The notes beneath the pieces were generated by a model. That model made no database searches. It saw nothing but the letters and a program-made list of their open reading frames with translations, and was not told the origin of the DNA. Shown here one piece after another: positions 12,135 through 23,270 of a stretch of 64,000 nucleotides of DNA. Every line of letters begins with the position of its first letter. The first letter of the stretch is position 1. Both the position numbers and the translations under genes were made by a program. The DNA comes from Callorhinchus milii (taxonomy: Eukaryota), in the NCBI RefSeq assembly GCF_018977255.1, contig NW_024704742.1, forward strand, positions 37,636,001 to 37,700,000, read 5' to 3'.

Positions 12135-12447
12135 ATCTCACATTATAGACTTTCTCTCTACTTCTCAATTACTTTCACTTCATAGTTGCTCTCAGATTTC
12201 TCTTCTGTTGTAACGCAGCATCCACCAAAGACAGACAGTCTCCACCTGACATGTTGTGTAAAGCAAAATGCAGACGTAAAAGTCACTGTACAAATGGAAT
12301 TTTCTTGAGAATGTTGTTGCAAATTATCCAGAATTCTGCAGCCCGTGTCCTCTCCCGCACCAGGAACCTCGACCCTATCACCCCCAACCTCTTCCGACAC
12401 CACTGGCTTCCCATCACACAGAGGATACAGTTGTAAAAAAGCCAGTC

Positions 12448-12518
12448 TGCATTGGCCGGGAATCGAACCCGGGCCTCCCGCGTGGCAGGCGAGAATTCTA
12501 CCACTGAACCACCAATGC
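12448..12518 (-). tRNA. tRNA-Gly(GCC), intact (unit 4, copy B)
   Basis: Identical to consensus; T6 terminator. Confidence 0.97.
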
Positions 12519-13796
12519 AACTCACGTTCTAAACTTTCTTCCTACTTCTGAATAACTTTCAGTTCATAGTGACATTGCACTCAGGTATCTGTGCATCTAT
12601 GAAATGAGACCACAAGTTATAACAGATCATGTTATCGGGTGATCTCAGTCATTCCTGACATCCCTTTAGATGTCTACAGTGCTGTATTTTCAAATGCACT
12701 CATTTATCCTTCAAACAACACCTCTCAAGTACTTTATTAGAAAATCATATTTAGACGTCCTCTTGTGGTCCAGTGGATAAATGCACCATCGTTCTTCTTA
12801 AAACAGCAAAGAGAAGCTGAGTTGTAGGTTCAAATCCTGGACTTTCGAAACAACAACAAAATGACATTTATGGAGCGCCTTTCACGTCGGTAAGACATTA
12901 CAAGGTGCACATATATTTACAATTCTGAGCAGACGTTTGCCAAATTATTAGACAGGTTTGTCACCCTTCCAGGCAGCTTGTAGCGTAGTGCTTAGAGCAC
13001 TTGTCTTGCAAGTGATGGGACCAGGGTTCAAATCCGGGGGAAAGCAAGTTTCCTTACTCCATACGCCTCTGTTTAATTAGCAGTAAGTAGAAAGCCAGTC
13101 ATTAATTGATTGGCGGATTGCTTTTCCCTAAAGGGAATCGTATCACTTTCCGTTTTTATTTCCCTTAAAATAAATTTGATCACTCAATCCACGACTGTTT
13201 GTGGGACACTGCTGTGCGCAATTGCCTGACTCGTTTCACCCACAGAATATACAGTCAATTCACTTTACAGTATAATCTGTGAAGCGCTCTGAGACGTCTC
13301 GAAGGTGTGATAAGGTGCTATGTCAAATGCAAGGATTATTATGATATTATTATTATATATTATCATTATTACACAACACACTTGTACCTCTCACCACCTG
13401 GTTTGAAAAGTAAATGCTTCATATTTCGCACTGCTATTCAATAAAACTCTAAAAAATAATTCTTCCGTTTGACATATTGAAGGGTGTAACAAAAGAGAAA
13501 GCAAAATACTGATATCTGATGCACGATAAACACGGAAATCAATAATAATAATTGTGTAGCGCCATATCACATCTTCGAGATGTCTCAAACCGTTTCACAG
13601 AATACACTGTATACAGCGAATTGATTGTATATGTTGTGGGTGAAAATACTTCCAGGAGGGAGTGTGTGTACCTAATGCAGAGTATATGAGAATAAAAGGG
13701 GAATTGAGAGGAAGTTTGAGACCTGTAGCAGCAACCGAGTCAACATTGATTGTTTAACTACATTTTTGACGAGCAGGAACTTGAAAAAGCTAGTCT

Positions 13797-13867
13797 TGCA
13801 TTGGCCGGGAATCGAACCCGGGCCTCCCGCGTGGCAGGCGAGAATTCTACCACTGAACCACCAATGC
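13797..13867 (-). tRNA. tRNA-Gly(GCC), intact (unit 5, copy A)
   Basis: Identical to consensus; T5 terminator. Confidence 0.97.
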
Positions 13868-14179
13868 AACTCACACTATAGACTTTCTCTCTAATTCTCA
13901 ATTACTTTCACTTCATAGTTGCTCTCAGATTTCTCTTCTGTTGTAACGCAGCATCCACCAAAGACAGACAGTCTCCACCTGACATGCTGCGTAAAGCAAA
14001 ATACAGACGTAAAAATCACTGTACAAAGGGAATTTTCTTGAGAATGTTGTTGCAAATTATCCAGAATTCTGCAGCCCGTGTCCTCTCCCGCACCAGGAAC
14101 CTCGACCCTATCACCCCCAACCTCTTCCGACACCACTGGCTTCCCATCACACAGAGGATACAGTTGTAAAAAGCCAGTC

Positions 14180-14250
14180 TGCATTGGCCGGGAATCGAAC
14201 CCGGGCCTCCCGCGTGGCAGGCGAGAATTCTACCACTGAACCACCAATGC
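14180..14250 (-). tRNA. tRNA-Gly(GCC), intact (unit 5, copy B)
   Basis: Identical to consensus; T5 terminator. Confidence 0.97.
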
Positions 14251-15529
14251 AACTCACGTTCTAAACTTTCTTCCTACTTCTGAATAACTTTCAGTTCACA
14301 GTGACATTGCACTCAGGTATCTGTGCATCCATGAAATGAGACCACAAGTTATAACAGATCATATTATCAGGTGATCTCAGTCATTCCTGATATCCCTTTA
14401 GATGTCTACAGTGCTGTATTTTCAAATTCACTCATTTATCCTTCAAACAACACCTCTCAAGTACTTTATTAGAAAATCATAGTTAGACTTCCTCTTGTGG
14501 TCCAGTGGATAAATGCACCATCGTTCTTCTTAAAACAGCAAAGAGAAGCTGAGTTGTAGGTTCAAATCCTGGACTTTCGAAACAACAACAAATGACATTT
14601 ATGGAGCGCCTTTCACGTCGGTAAGACATTACAAGGTGCACATATATTTACAATTCTGAGCAGACGTTTGCCAAATTATTAGACAGGTTTGTCACCCTTC
14701 CAGGCAGCTTGTAGCGTAGTGCTTAGAGCACTTGTCTTGCAAGTGATGGGACCAGGGTTCAAATCCGGGGGAAAGCAAGTTTCCTTACTCCATACGCCTC
14801 TGTTTATTTAGCAGTAAGTAGAAAGCCAGTCATTAATTGATTGGCGGATTGCTTTTCCCTAAAGGGAATCATATCACTTTCCCTTTTTATTTCCCTTACA
14901 ATAAATTTGATCACTCAATCCACGACTGTTTGTGGGACACTGCTGTTCGCAATTGCCTGACTCGTTTCACCCACAGAATATACAGTTAATTCACTTTACA
15001 GTATATTCTGTGAAGCGCTCTGAGACGTCTCGAAGATGTGATAAGGTGCTATGTCAAATGCAAGGATTATTATGATATTATTATTATATATTATCATTAT
15101 TACACAACACACTTGTACCTCTCACCACCTGGTTTGAAAAGTAAATGCTTCATATTTCGCACTGCTATTCAATAAAACTCTAAAAATAATTCTTCCGTTT
15201 GACATATTGAAGGGTGTAACAAAAGAGAAAGTAAAATACTGATATCTGATGCACGACAAACACGGAAATCAGTAATAATAATAATTGTATAGCGCCATAT
15301 CACATCTTCGAGATGTCTCCAACCGTTTCACAGAATACACTGTATACAGCGAATTGATTGTGTATGTTGTGGGTGAAAATACTTCCAGGAGGGAGTGTGT
15401 GTACCTAATGCAGAGTATATGAGAATAAAAGGGGAATTGAGAGGAAGTTTGAGACCTGTAGCAGCAACCGAGTCAACATTGATTGTTTAACTACATTTTT
15501 GACGAGCAGGAACTTGAAAAAGCTAGTCT

Positions 15530-15600
15530 TGCATTGGCCGGGAATCGAACCCGGGCCTCCCGCGTGGCAGGCGAGAATTCTACCACTGAACCACCAATGC
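15530..15600 (-). tRNA. tRNA-Gly(GCC), intact (unit 6, copy A)
   Basis: Identical to consensus; T5 terminator. Confidence 0.97.
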
Positions 15601-15912
15601 AACTCACACTATAGACTTTCTCTCTAATTCTCAATTACTTTCACTTCATAGTTGCTCTCAGATTTCTCTTCTGTTGTAACGCAGCATCCACCAAAGACAG
15701 ACAGTCTCCACCTGACATGCTGCGTAAAGCAAAATACAGACGTAAAAATCACTGTACAAAGGGAATTTTCTTGAGAATGTTGTTGCAAATTATCCAGAAT
15801 TCTGCAGCCCGTGTCCTCTCCCGCACCAGGAACCTCGACCCTATCACCCCCAACCTCTTCCGACACCACTGGCTTCCCATCACACAGAGGATACAGTTGT
15901 AAAAAGCCAGTC

Positions 15913-15983
15913 TGCATTGGCCGGGAATCGAACCCGGGCCTCCCGCGTGGCAGGCGAGAATTCTACCACTGAACCACCAATGC
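15913..15983 (-). tRNA. tRNA-Gly(GCC), intact (unit 6, copy B)
   Basis: Identical to consensus; T5 terminator. Confidence 0.97.
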
Positions 15984-18224
15984 AACTCACGTTCTAAACT
16001 TTCTTCCTACTTCTGAATAACTTTCAGTTCACAGTGACATTGCACTCAGGTATCTGTGCATCCATGAAATGAGACCACAAGTTATAACAGATCATATTAT
16101 CAGGTGATCTCAGTCATTCCTGATATCCCTTTAGATGTCTACAGTGCTGTATTTTCAAATTCACTCATTTATCCTTCAAACAACACCTCTCAAGTACTTT
16201 ATTAGAAAATCATAGTTAGACTTCCTCTTGTGGTCCAGTGGATAAATGCACCATCGTTCTTCTTAAAACAGCAAAGAGAAGCTGAGTTGTAGGTTCAAAT
16301 CCTGGACTTTCGAAACAACAACAAAATGACATTTATGGAGCGCCTTTCACGTCGGTAAGACATTACAAGGTGCACATATATTTACAATTCTGAGCAGACG
16401 TTTGCCAAATTATTAGACAGGTTTGTCACCCTTCCAGGCAGCTTGTAGCGTAGTGCTTAGAGCACTTGTCTTGCAAGTGATAGGACCAGGGTTTGAATCC
16501 GGTGGAGGGCAAGTTTCCTTACTCCATACGCCACTGTTTATTTAGCAGTAAGTAGAAACCTGGTCATTAATTGATTGGCGGATTGCTTTTCCCTTAAGGG
16601 AATCTCATCACTTTCCCGTTTTATTTCCCTTGAAATAAATTTGATCACTCAATCCACGACAGTTTGTGGGACACTGCTGTGCGCAATTGCCTGACTTGTT
16701 TCACCCACAGAATATAAGTTCAATTCCTGGACTCACACAGGTATATTTGCAATTCTGAGCAGAGGTTTACCAAATTATTAGACAGGTTTGTCACCTTCCA
16801 GGCAGCTTGTAGCATAGTGGTTAGAGCACTTGCCTCACAAGTGATGGGACCAGGGTTCAAGTTTCCTTACTCCACTCTGGTTATCTCGCAGTAAGTAGGA
16901 ACCCGGTTATTAATTGATTGACTGAATGCTTTTCCGTGGGTTATAATCCTTTAACATAAATTTGGTCATTCAATCCATGACTGTTTGTGGGACACTGTTT
17001 GCACAATAGGCTGCTGCGTTTCACCCACAGATTATACAGTCAATTCACTTTACAGTATATTCTGTGAAGCGCTCTGAGACGTCTCGCAGACCTGATAAGG
17101 TGCTATATCAAATGCAAGGATTATTATAATATTACTATTATATATTATTATTACACAACACACTTGCTATTCAATAAAACTCTAAAAATAATTCTTCCGT
17201 TTGATATATTGAAGGAGTAAACCAAAGAGAAAGAGAAATACTGATATCTGAGCATGACAGACATGGAAATCAATAATAATAATAATTGTTGCATTTGATA
17301 TAGCGCCTTATCACATCTTCATTTTATAGACATGCAATTCATGTTATAGACGTTCTCTCTACTTCTTAATTACTTTCACTTCATTGTGACATTGCACTCA
17401 AATTTCTGTCCTAGCCAATTATAACATGGCAGATGGAATAAAAATAATGAGGCTGCTTTATCATGCTATGTTCATCTCACCCTTCCCTCTTACCCCTTAC
17501 CCGCTGCCCAACCCTGTGCCTCTGTACAGCACTTTAAGATACTATCGTGCATGAAGAGTCAATGCACTGTATAAATTGCTCTTGTTGTTAACAGTTAGTG
17601 TAGATCGCTTGATAGTCAGCAGCCCATGTCACTGTGCTTTGCCTGTGTGCATTAAAAATCTGAGCTTGAGCTTTTATTCATTCCACACTCAATGCTCAAT
17701 GCAACACTGAAAGAAAAACAGAAGTCGTGGGGGACACTCAGCAGGTCAGGCAGCATCTATGGAGAAAGGAAAGTGAGTTAAGGTTTAGAGTCCACGACTA
17801 TTCCAGATTTTGCTAAGTGTTGCTGGGCACTTCGGATCCTCCATTTGGTTGCATGAGCCCAAAATACTTTTTGTAACTACACACCTCTGGTAATTTATAG
17901 AACGACCTCACTGCGTATAACACTGATGGACTAGTGGATAAAAGCATTGTACTCTACAGGTGCTACATGCTTAGACTTGCAGGTTCAAATCCCTCTCTGT
18001 GCTGAGTTAGCAGTAGTAAATGATAGAGGTGGGAAAATTAATTAAACTTGTCCCACCGGTTAGTTGTGCTTTCCTGAGGTGTGGACTGGAAAATGCACAG
18101 AGTTATTTTTTATAAAATCTGCTCAATATTGTATGATCGCAGATAGCCACCTGTTTACAAACAATAAACAGATTTTAGTAACACAATAAAGCTTTAGCTT
18201 TCAGCCCATGGATTTACTGTGAAG

Positions 18225-18372
18225 TGTAATGTCTGCAGGTTTGTAGGCAAATGCAGCAGCCAATTTGCACACAGCAATATCTCACAGACAGCCATGAATT
18301 GAATGACCAATTTTATCTGGGAAATTATTAGTTTGGACATCAGGAGAAACTCCCCTCTCCTTTTTGAATATC
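18225..18372 (-). mobile_element. DeuSINE-type fragment (Deu domain, 3' part)
   Basis: Minus strand GGGGAGTTTCTCCTGATGTCC...TGGTCATT...TTGCTGTGTGCAAATTGGCTGC resembles the SacSINE1/AmnSINE1 Deu domain as I recall it. Confidence 0.65.
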
Positions 18373-18459
18373 AATGTCTCATGAGGTTGCAAAAGGGGTT
18401 GAGAGTCAGAGACAGAATATTTTATTGTGATATTATGAATAAAGTAGATGCTGTTATCC

Positions 18460-18800
18460 CTACAAGCCAAAGTCCTAATCGATAGAATGGTCCTGCCTGG
18501 ACAAGCAGGGGGAAAGCCAGCCCTCTCAACGGAAAGCTATGTGGTTTAGCTGGTTAAACTCCCAATACACCTTCTGGGGTCCTCAAGCCTTGTCTCTTGC
18601 CAACCTGCATCTAATTTTCTACGGGATTAGGTAAGCAGGGTGCAGTCCTCCAGGGAGATTGTACGCATTCTATTCCAGACTCGGTGAAATTTCCATGCAT
18701 ACATGGCACACATATGTGGAACTTTAAGTCTGGTTAAGATTACTCAAGCAAGATGATCGGTTTCTGCTTGTGTCAGACACCTGCCTAACCAAGCAAGAAG
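18460..18800 (+). repeat. Unclassified old dispersed repeat (copy 1 of 5)
   Basis: Shares TTAGCTGGTTA.ACTCC, GGTAAGCAGG..G...TCCAGGGAGA, AAATTTCCATG and TGTGTCAGACACC..CT.ACCAA with copies near 32200, 45045, 46490 and 59100. Confidence 0.7.
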
Positions 18801-19132
18801 TAAATGAAAGCAGAAAAAAAGCCTCATAGTTAAGAGTCACTGTGTAAAGCTACTGTGAGTACTTCCAGGAGGGAAGGTGCGCAGAGTTTGAGAATAAAAG
18901 GGGGAAGCAAGCAGAAGTGTGACAACTGCAGCTAAGGCAGAATGAACTGAATTAAGTTTCTAATAATAATCCTTGCTCTTTTTTCCACACAACAGGGGCT
19001 CGGTTTAACATCTCTTTTGAAGGCACCACTGACAATTCAACACTTCCCCAGCACTGCATTGGAGTGTCAGCCCAGACTGTGAACTCAAAGTCCTGAATGT
19101 TAGAGTTTTAATTAAAATTTAAGAAATTTTTT

Positions 19133-19203
19133 TGCATTGGCCGGGAATCGAACCCGGGCCTCCCGCGTGGCAGGCGAGAATTCTACCACTGAACCACCAA
19201 TGC
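19133..19203 (-). tRNA. tRNA-Gly(GCC), intact
   Basis: Identical to consensus; 5' flank duplicates that of 1641-1711; TTTT within ~20 nt downstream. Confidence 0.96.
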
Positions 19204-19426
19204 AACTCACACGGAGCCAGTGTGGGACTGGAAGCCACAATCTTACCAAGTAAAGTGGAAAGAAACTGATCCATATGTTTAGCTGCTATGATTGATTCCA
19301 GAAGGGATTGCAAGCACATAATGCACAACCCATGAGTGGATAAAAGAGAAAAATGAATGGATGTTTATCAACTGCGACACTTAAACCTGCAAAGCTAAGT
19401 TAGGAGGAGAGACAACAAAACACCTT

Positions 19427-19497
19427 TGTATTGGCCAGGAATCATATCAAGATCTCCCACCTGGCAGGTGAGAATTCTACCACTGAACCACCAATGC
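19427..19497 (-). pseudogene. tRNA-Gly(GCC) pseudogene, full length, B-box destroyed
   Basis: 71 nt; T arm reads CTTGATATGATTCCTGG instead of CCGGGTTCGATTCCCGG; anticodon arm also altered. Confidence 0.88.
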
Positions 19498-21230
19498 AAC
19501 TCACATCAAAATGCTTCTCTCTACTTCTCAAATAATCTACTTTCACTCCACATTGGTATTGCATTCTATTAGTCACATCCTTTTCCATTTACTCCACACT
19601 CCCAGCTCATTGAATCATTAAACTTTCCAAGAAAGCGCAAAAGTTTGCTCTTGGGATTAAAAAGCCGCCGTATAGCAGGAGTCAGATATTCCAAATTGTG
19701 TTGGCAGCTGCTGGTTATTTCTTTTATTTCTTCGGTTGCACTTGTGGAAAATTATTGAGTCATTTATCTTTGGAGCTGCACCACTTTAGTTTCCTTGCAA
19801 TTGTAGAGTTACCAGAAGATGTTTGTAGATGTGGTTTCTTCTCCCCTCTCTACTTATCTGTCATAGCTGTCATTTCCTCTGCTGAAAATAGTGACTCACA
19901 CTCTTGCCTTCAATATGGGGCTTTGGTGGAGAAGAAGCTAAAAAATAAATTCCTGTCTAATGTCCTAACTCCTTGTGAGTGCACTAGTCAAGAGTACAGA
20001 GCAATTACACAATTGATGCAGATCGGACTTAGCCTCCCAAGTTATTTATTAAGGGCTGCCACTGACTGACTGATTACTAGTACCTACACAAGAGGGCATT
20101 CTTGAATGGAAGCCCATGTGAGCTATTTCATTAAGAAGGTGTAACAGTAAGGACTATTTGTTCAATTTCTGCCCTTTTGTCTTTACAGTAAACCTCACAT
20201 AAGTTGTATAAGTTGGAATCATACTTTTAATATGACTTATGAAAAGTTATGTCAAACTTGCATTAAATATAAACTCTTGAATGGGACTTGGGCAGATGTA
20301 CGACTTAGGCAATTATATGATTTCAATTAAATGTTAAATGCAAGGATTATTATTATTATTATTTATACAGATCAGACTTATGGGAGTTTTACTGTATAAG
20401 ACAAATCTAGAGGACAGAAAAATCACTCAGATCCCAAAGACCGGTGTAACATACACAATACAACAATTCTGGCAAATTGGGTCAATTTGCTTCACGCTTA
20501 TATTAATAATAATCATAATTATTATGGCCTTTGATATAATGCTTTTCACGTCATCAAGACATTTCAAATTGCTTCACAGGAATTACAGGTAACGTGTAGT
20601 GATTGTATCTTTAGTAGGCAATATGGGAAGTGTTTCAAAATAATTATGATAGTATTAATCCTTGCATTTAATATAACACCTTTATCAATAATAATGCCAT
20701 CTAAAATAGACAGCAACACAAGCAACGCAATGAAGCTCATTCGTGCACTATGGTTACCCCAAATGTTTTTAATCACTTGAGTATCATTGCTTCAACCAGC
20801 AATAATGGCAAAACTAGGTTGTAAGTAAGTTAGACTATATTTATCTGAGGGACTTCAGTAAAGCTCCTATCAGCATGTCCATGTTCAATGAGTAAGAGGG
20901 AAATGGTTACTGCCTTACTAGGACCTATTCTGCCAGAATTATTCGGTCTATTAGATCACTAAGTCAGACAGTTCACAATAAAGTCTGGGGTGTCTTAAAG
21001 GGTCTAGTTTTGGATGGACCATTTGAAATTTATAATTGTTTTTCCTTTCTTAATGACTTTCAAATAGTTCCAGCATGTCTCCCATTTTCTTCTTGTCTCA
21101 ACTTAGTAACAACAATAATAATAATAATAATCATAATGCTTATAAATTTATGTAGCACCTTATCACATCATTGGAATTTCAATGAGGAAAAGTATTTGAT
21201 GTCTTGAAAGATGAGCTTTATCTATCGGTT

Positions 21231-21301
21231 GCATTGGTGGTTCAGTGGTAGAATTCTCGCCTGCCACGCGGGAGGCCCGGGTTCGATTCCCGGCCAATGC
21301 A
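21231..21301 (+). tRNA. tRNA-Gly(GCC), intact; the only + strand copy
   Basis: Identical to consensus; trailer AGGCAATTTTT. Confidence 0.97.
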
Positions 21302-21945
21302 AGGCAATTTTTAGACGACTTATGGACTTGAGTGTTGCGATGCTCACACATCTGGGTTGAGCTCTGGTCTGAGATTGTAGTATGGCATCTTTCTACTTTG
21401 TACCAGTAACAACATGTGGTACAATGTTCATTCTGCAAAATGTACAGTACTCCCGGATGTTCTCTAAAACACCTTTACAAACAAATAAATACACTAAACT
21501 TTACAGCAATATCCTTTGAAGCACTTAGAGATATCTCAATTATATGAAGTGCAATATAAAATTATAAGCATGATAATTATTGTTACACAATGTCTCGACA
21601 ACTATTGGAAAGTGATTAAGAAAGGAGGATCAAAAGAGTAAATACAAAATTAAGAACAAGCTATAAAGAAAACCAAAAAGAGAAAAACAATGTATCAAAT
21701 GAATAATAACTCAGGATGTTGCTCAGAGGCTGAGAAGACAGAATCAGTATTAGGCCATTTTACGGGAGATGGAGAATTAGGCAAGTGAAACCAGAAGAAA
21801 GCCCTGACGACTGCTGCTGGGATTGCTTCCAAAAGGGAGTGTGGGGACCTAACATACAGAATATAAGAGAAGTAAAAGCGAAAACAAGCAGCTGTGTGAG
21901 CATTGCAACATTCATATAAATCCATAACTCATAGAAAATTAGTCT

Positions 21946-22016
21946 TGCATTGGCCGGGAATCGAACCCAGGCCTCCTGCGTGGCAGGCGAGAATTCTACC
22001 ACTGAACCACCAATGC
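21946..22016 (-). tRNA. tRNA-Gly(GCC) variant (2 substitutions)
   Basis: Changes at 21969 (T stem, becomes T-G wobble) and 21977 (anticodon stem C-A mismatch); A and B boxes intact; TTTT trailer. Confidence 0.8.
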
Positions 22017-22469
22017 ACTGATGGAACATATTCATGTTTCAATACATCAAATACTTGTCCTCTTTTGTTTAGTTTATGGGTGTTTTCTACAACTTTAAAT
22101 GCCTCAATCCATCCAACTACCTTCAGCAAAATGAAACTTTCAGCCAGTTCTGAATATGCATTTATATAGCATGATTCACATAAGGTCATGTCTCTTAACA
22201 CTTCTGAATTCTTCAGAATCCTGCAAAAAAGGTTCTAAGCCTGATTAAAATCAGCCTAAAGTTTCATGATCAATTCAGAGTGTGCAAAATTTGGAATAAT
22301 GTTGAATTTAGTTTTAACATCGAAACTTGTTTTCCATAGTTCTTAAAAGAGCTTACAGAAAAACAGTTGCAAAATTAAAGACTCTGCGTTAATAGAATAA
22401 ATCTAGACCCGGATGAAATTTCTGTTTGTGCAGAGCTTTGCTAACCAGCTCTGAATATCATTTAAAGGT

Positions 22470-23270
22470 TTTACTCTTTGGCTCTCGTCAACGTCTAAAA
22501 TCTTACGGCTCTCACCTCCTCCACCTACCCGACCTGCCCCTAAAACTCTCCGAACCCGTACACAACCTAGGCGTCAGGTTCGACCCCCAATTATCCTTCC
22601 TGCCCCACATCCGGTCCTTCATCAGCACCACTTTCTTCCACCTCTGACGCATCGCCTGTCTCCGCCAATACCTCTCCTCAAATGCCGCTGAAACCCTGGT
22701 CCATGCCTTTGTCACCTTTCGGCTGGACTATTCTAATGCCCTCCTTGCCGGTCTCCCCTCCACTACCATCCATAAAATCCAGATCATTCAAAACTCTGCC
22801 GCCCGCATTCTCACCCGCATGAAACTCCACTGCCCCCGTCCTTGCCAGACTGCTTTGGCTCCCTGTCCCAGAGAGGATCGATTTCAAGATCCTCACCCTT
22901 GTATTCAAGTCCCTGCACTCCTCTGCAACCCCCTACCTCTCTGACCTCCTCTCTCCTCAAAACAGTACCTGTTGCCTTTGTTCCTCCGGGTCTGGCCTCC
23001 TCCTTGTCTCCCGAGTCCTCCGCTCCACCCTCGGCGGCCGTGCCTTCAGCCACTATGCCCCGAAGGTCTGGAACTCCCTTCCTCACTCCCTTTGCCTCGC
23101 TCCCTCTCTTCCTATTTTCAGGTCTCCGCTGAAGACCTTTCTTTTCGACCGCGCCTTTGGTCAAATTCCCCCCCTCCCCTTGGCTCGGCCCCGGGATCCG
23201 TTACTGTGAAGTGCTCTGAGACACCGTCCGGCGTGGAGGGCGCTGTATAAATCCAAGTTGTTGTTGTTTT
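22470..23270 (+). mobile_element. L2-clade LINE 3' fragment
   Basis: NLGVRFDPQLSFLPHI, RLDYSNALLAGLP, IQNSAARIL; (TTG)n tail. Confidence 0.88.

Larger units (their letters stand above)
4160..17330. repeat. Tandem array of tRNA-Gly units (~1.73 kb unit, ~6.07 kb higher-order period)
   Basis: First tRNA of each unit at 5981, 7731, 9465, 12064, 13797, 15530 (spacings 1750, 1734, 2599, 1733, 1733); L2 insert repeated at offset 6083; older-type partial units at both ends. Confidence 0.93.

Noticed and set aside
5981..15983. CRISPR-like repeat/spacer pattern
   Set aside because: The repeats are 71-nt tRNA genes, the spacers are themselves repeated, the DNA is eukaryotic, and there are no cas genes.
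5832..15985. Repeated ORFs starting MHWWFSGRILACHAGG and similar
   Set aside because: They are incidental translations through tRNA-Gly genes and unit spacers, not proteins.
17710..17820. ACTCAGCAGGTCAGGCAGCATCTATGGAGAAAGG segment (also near 35520) as a regulatory element
   Set aside because: Looks like a fragment of a common interspersed repeat; nothing supports a function.
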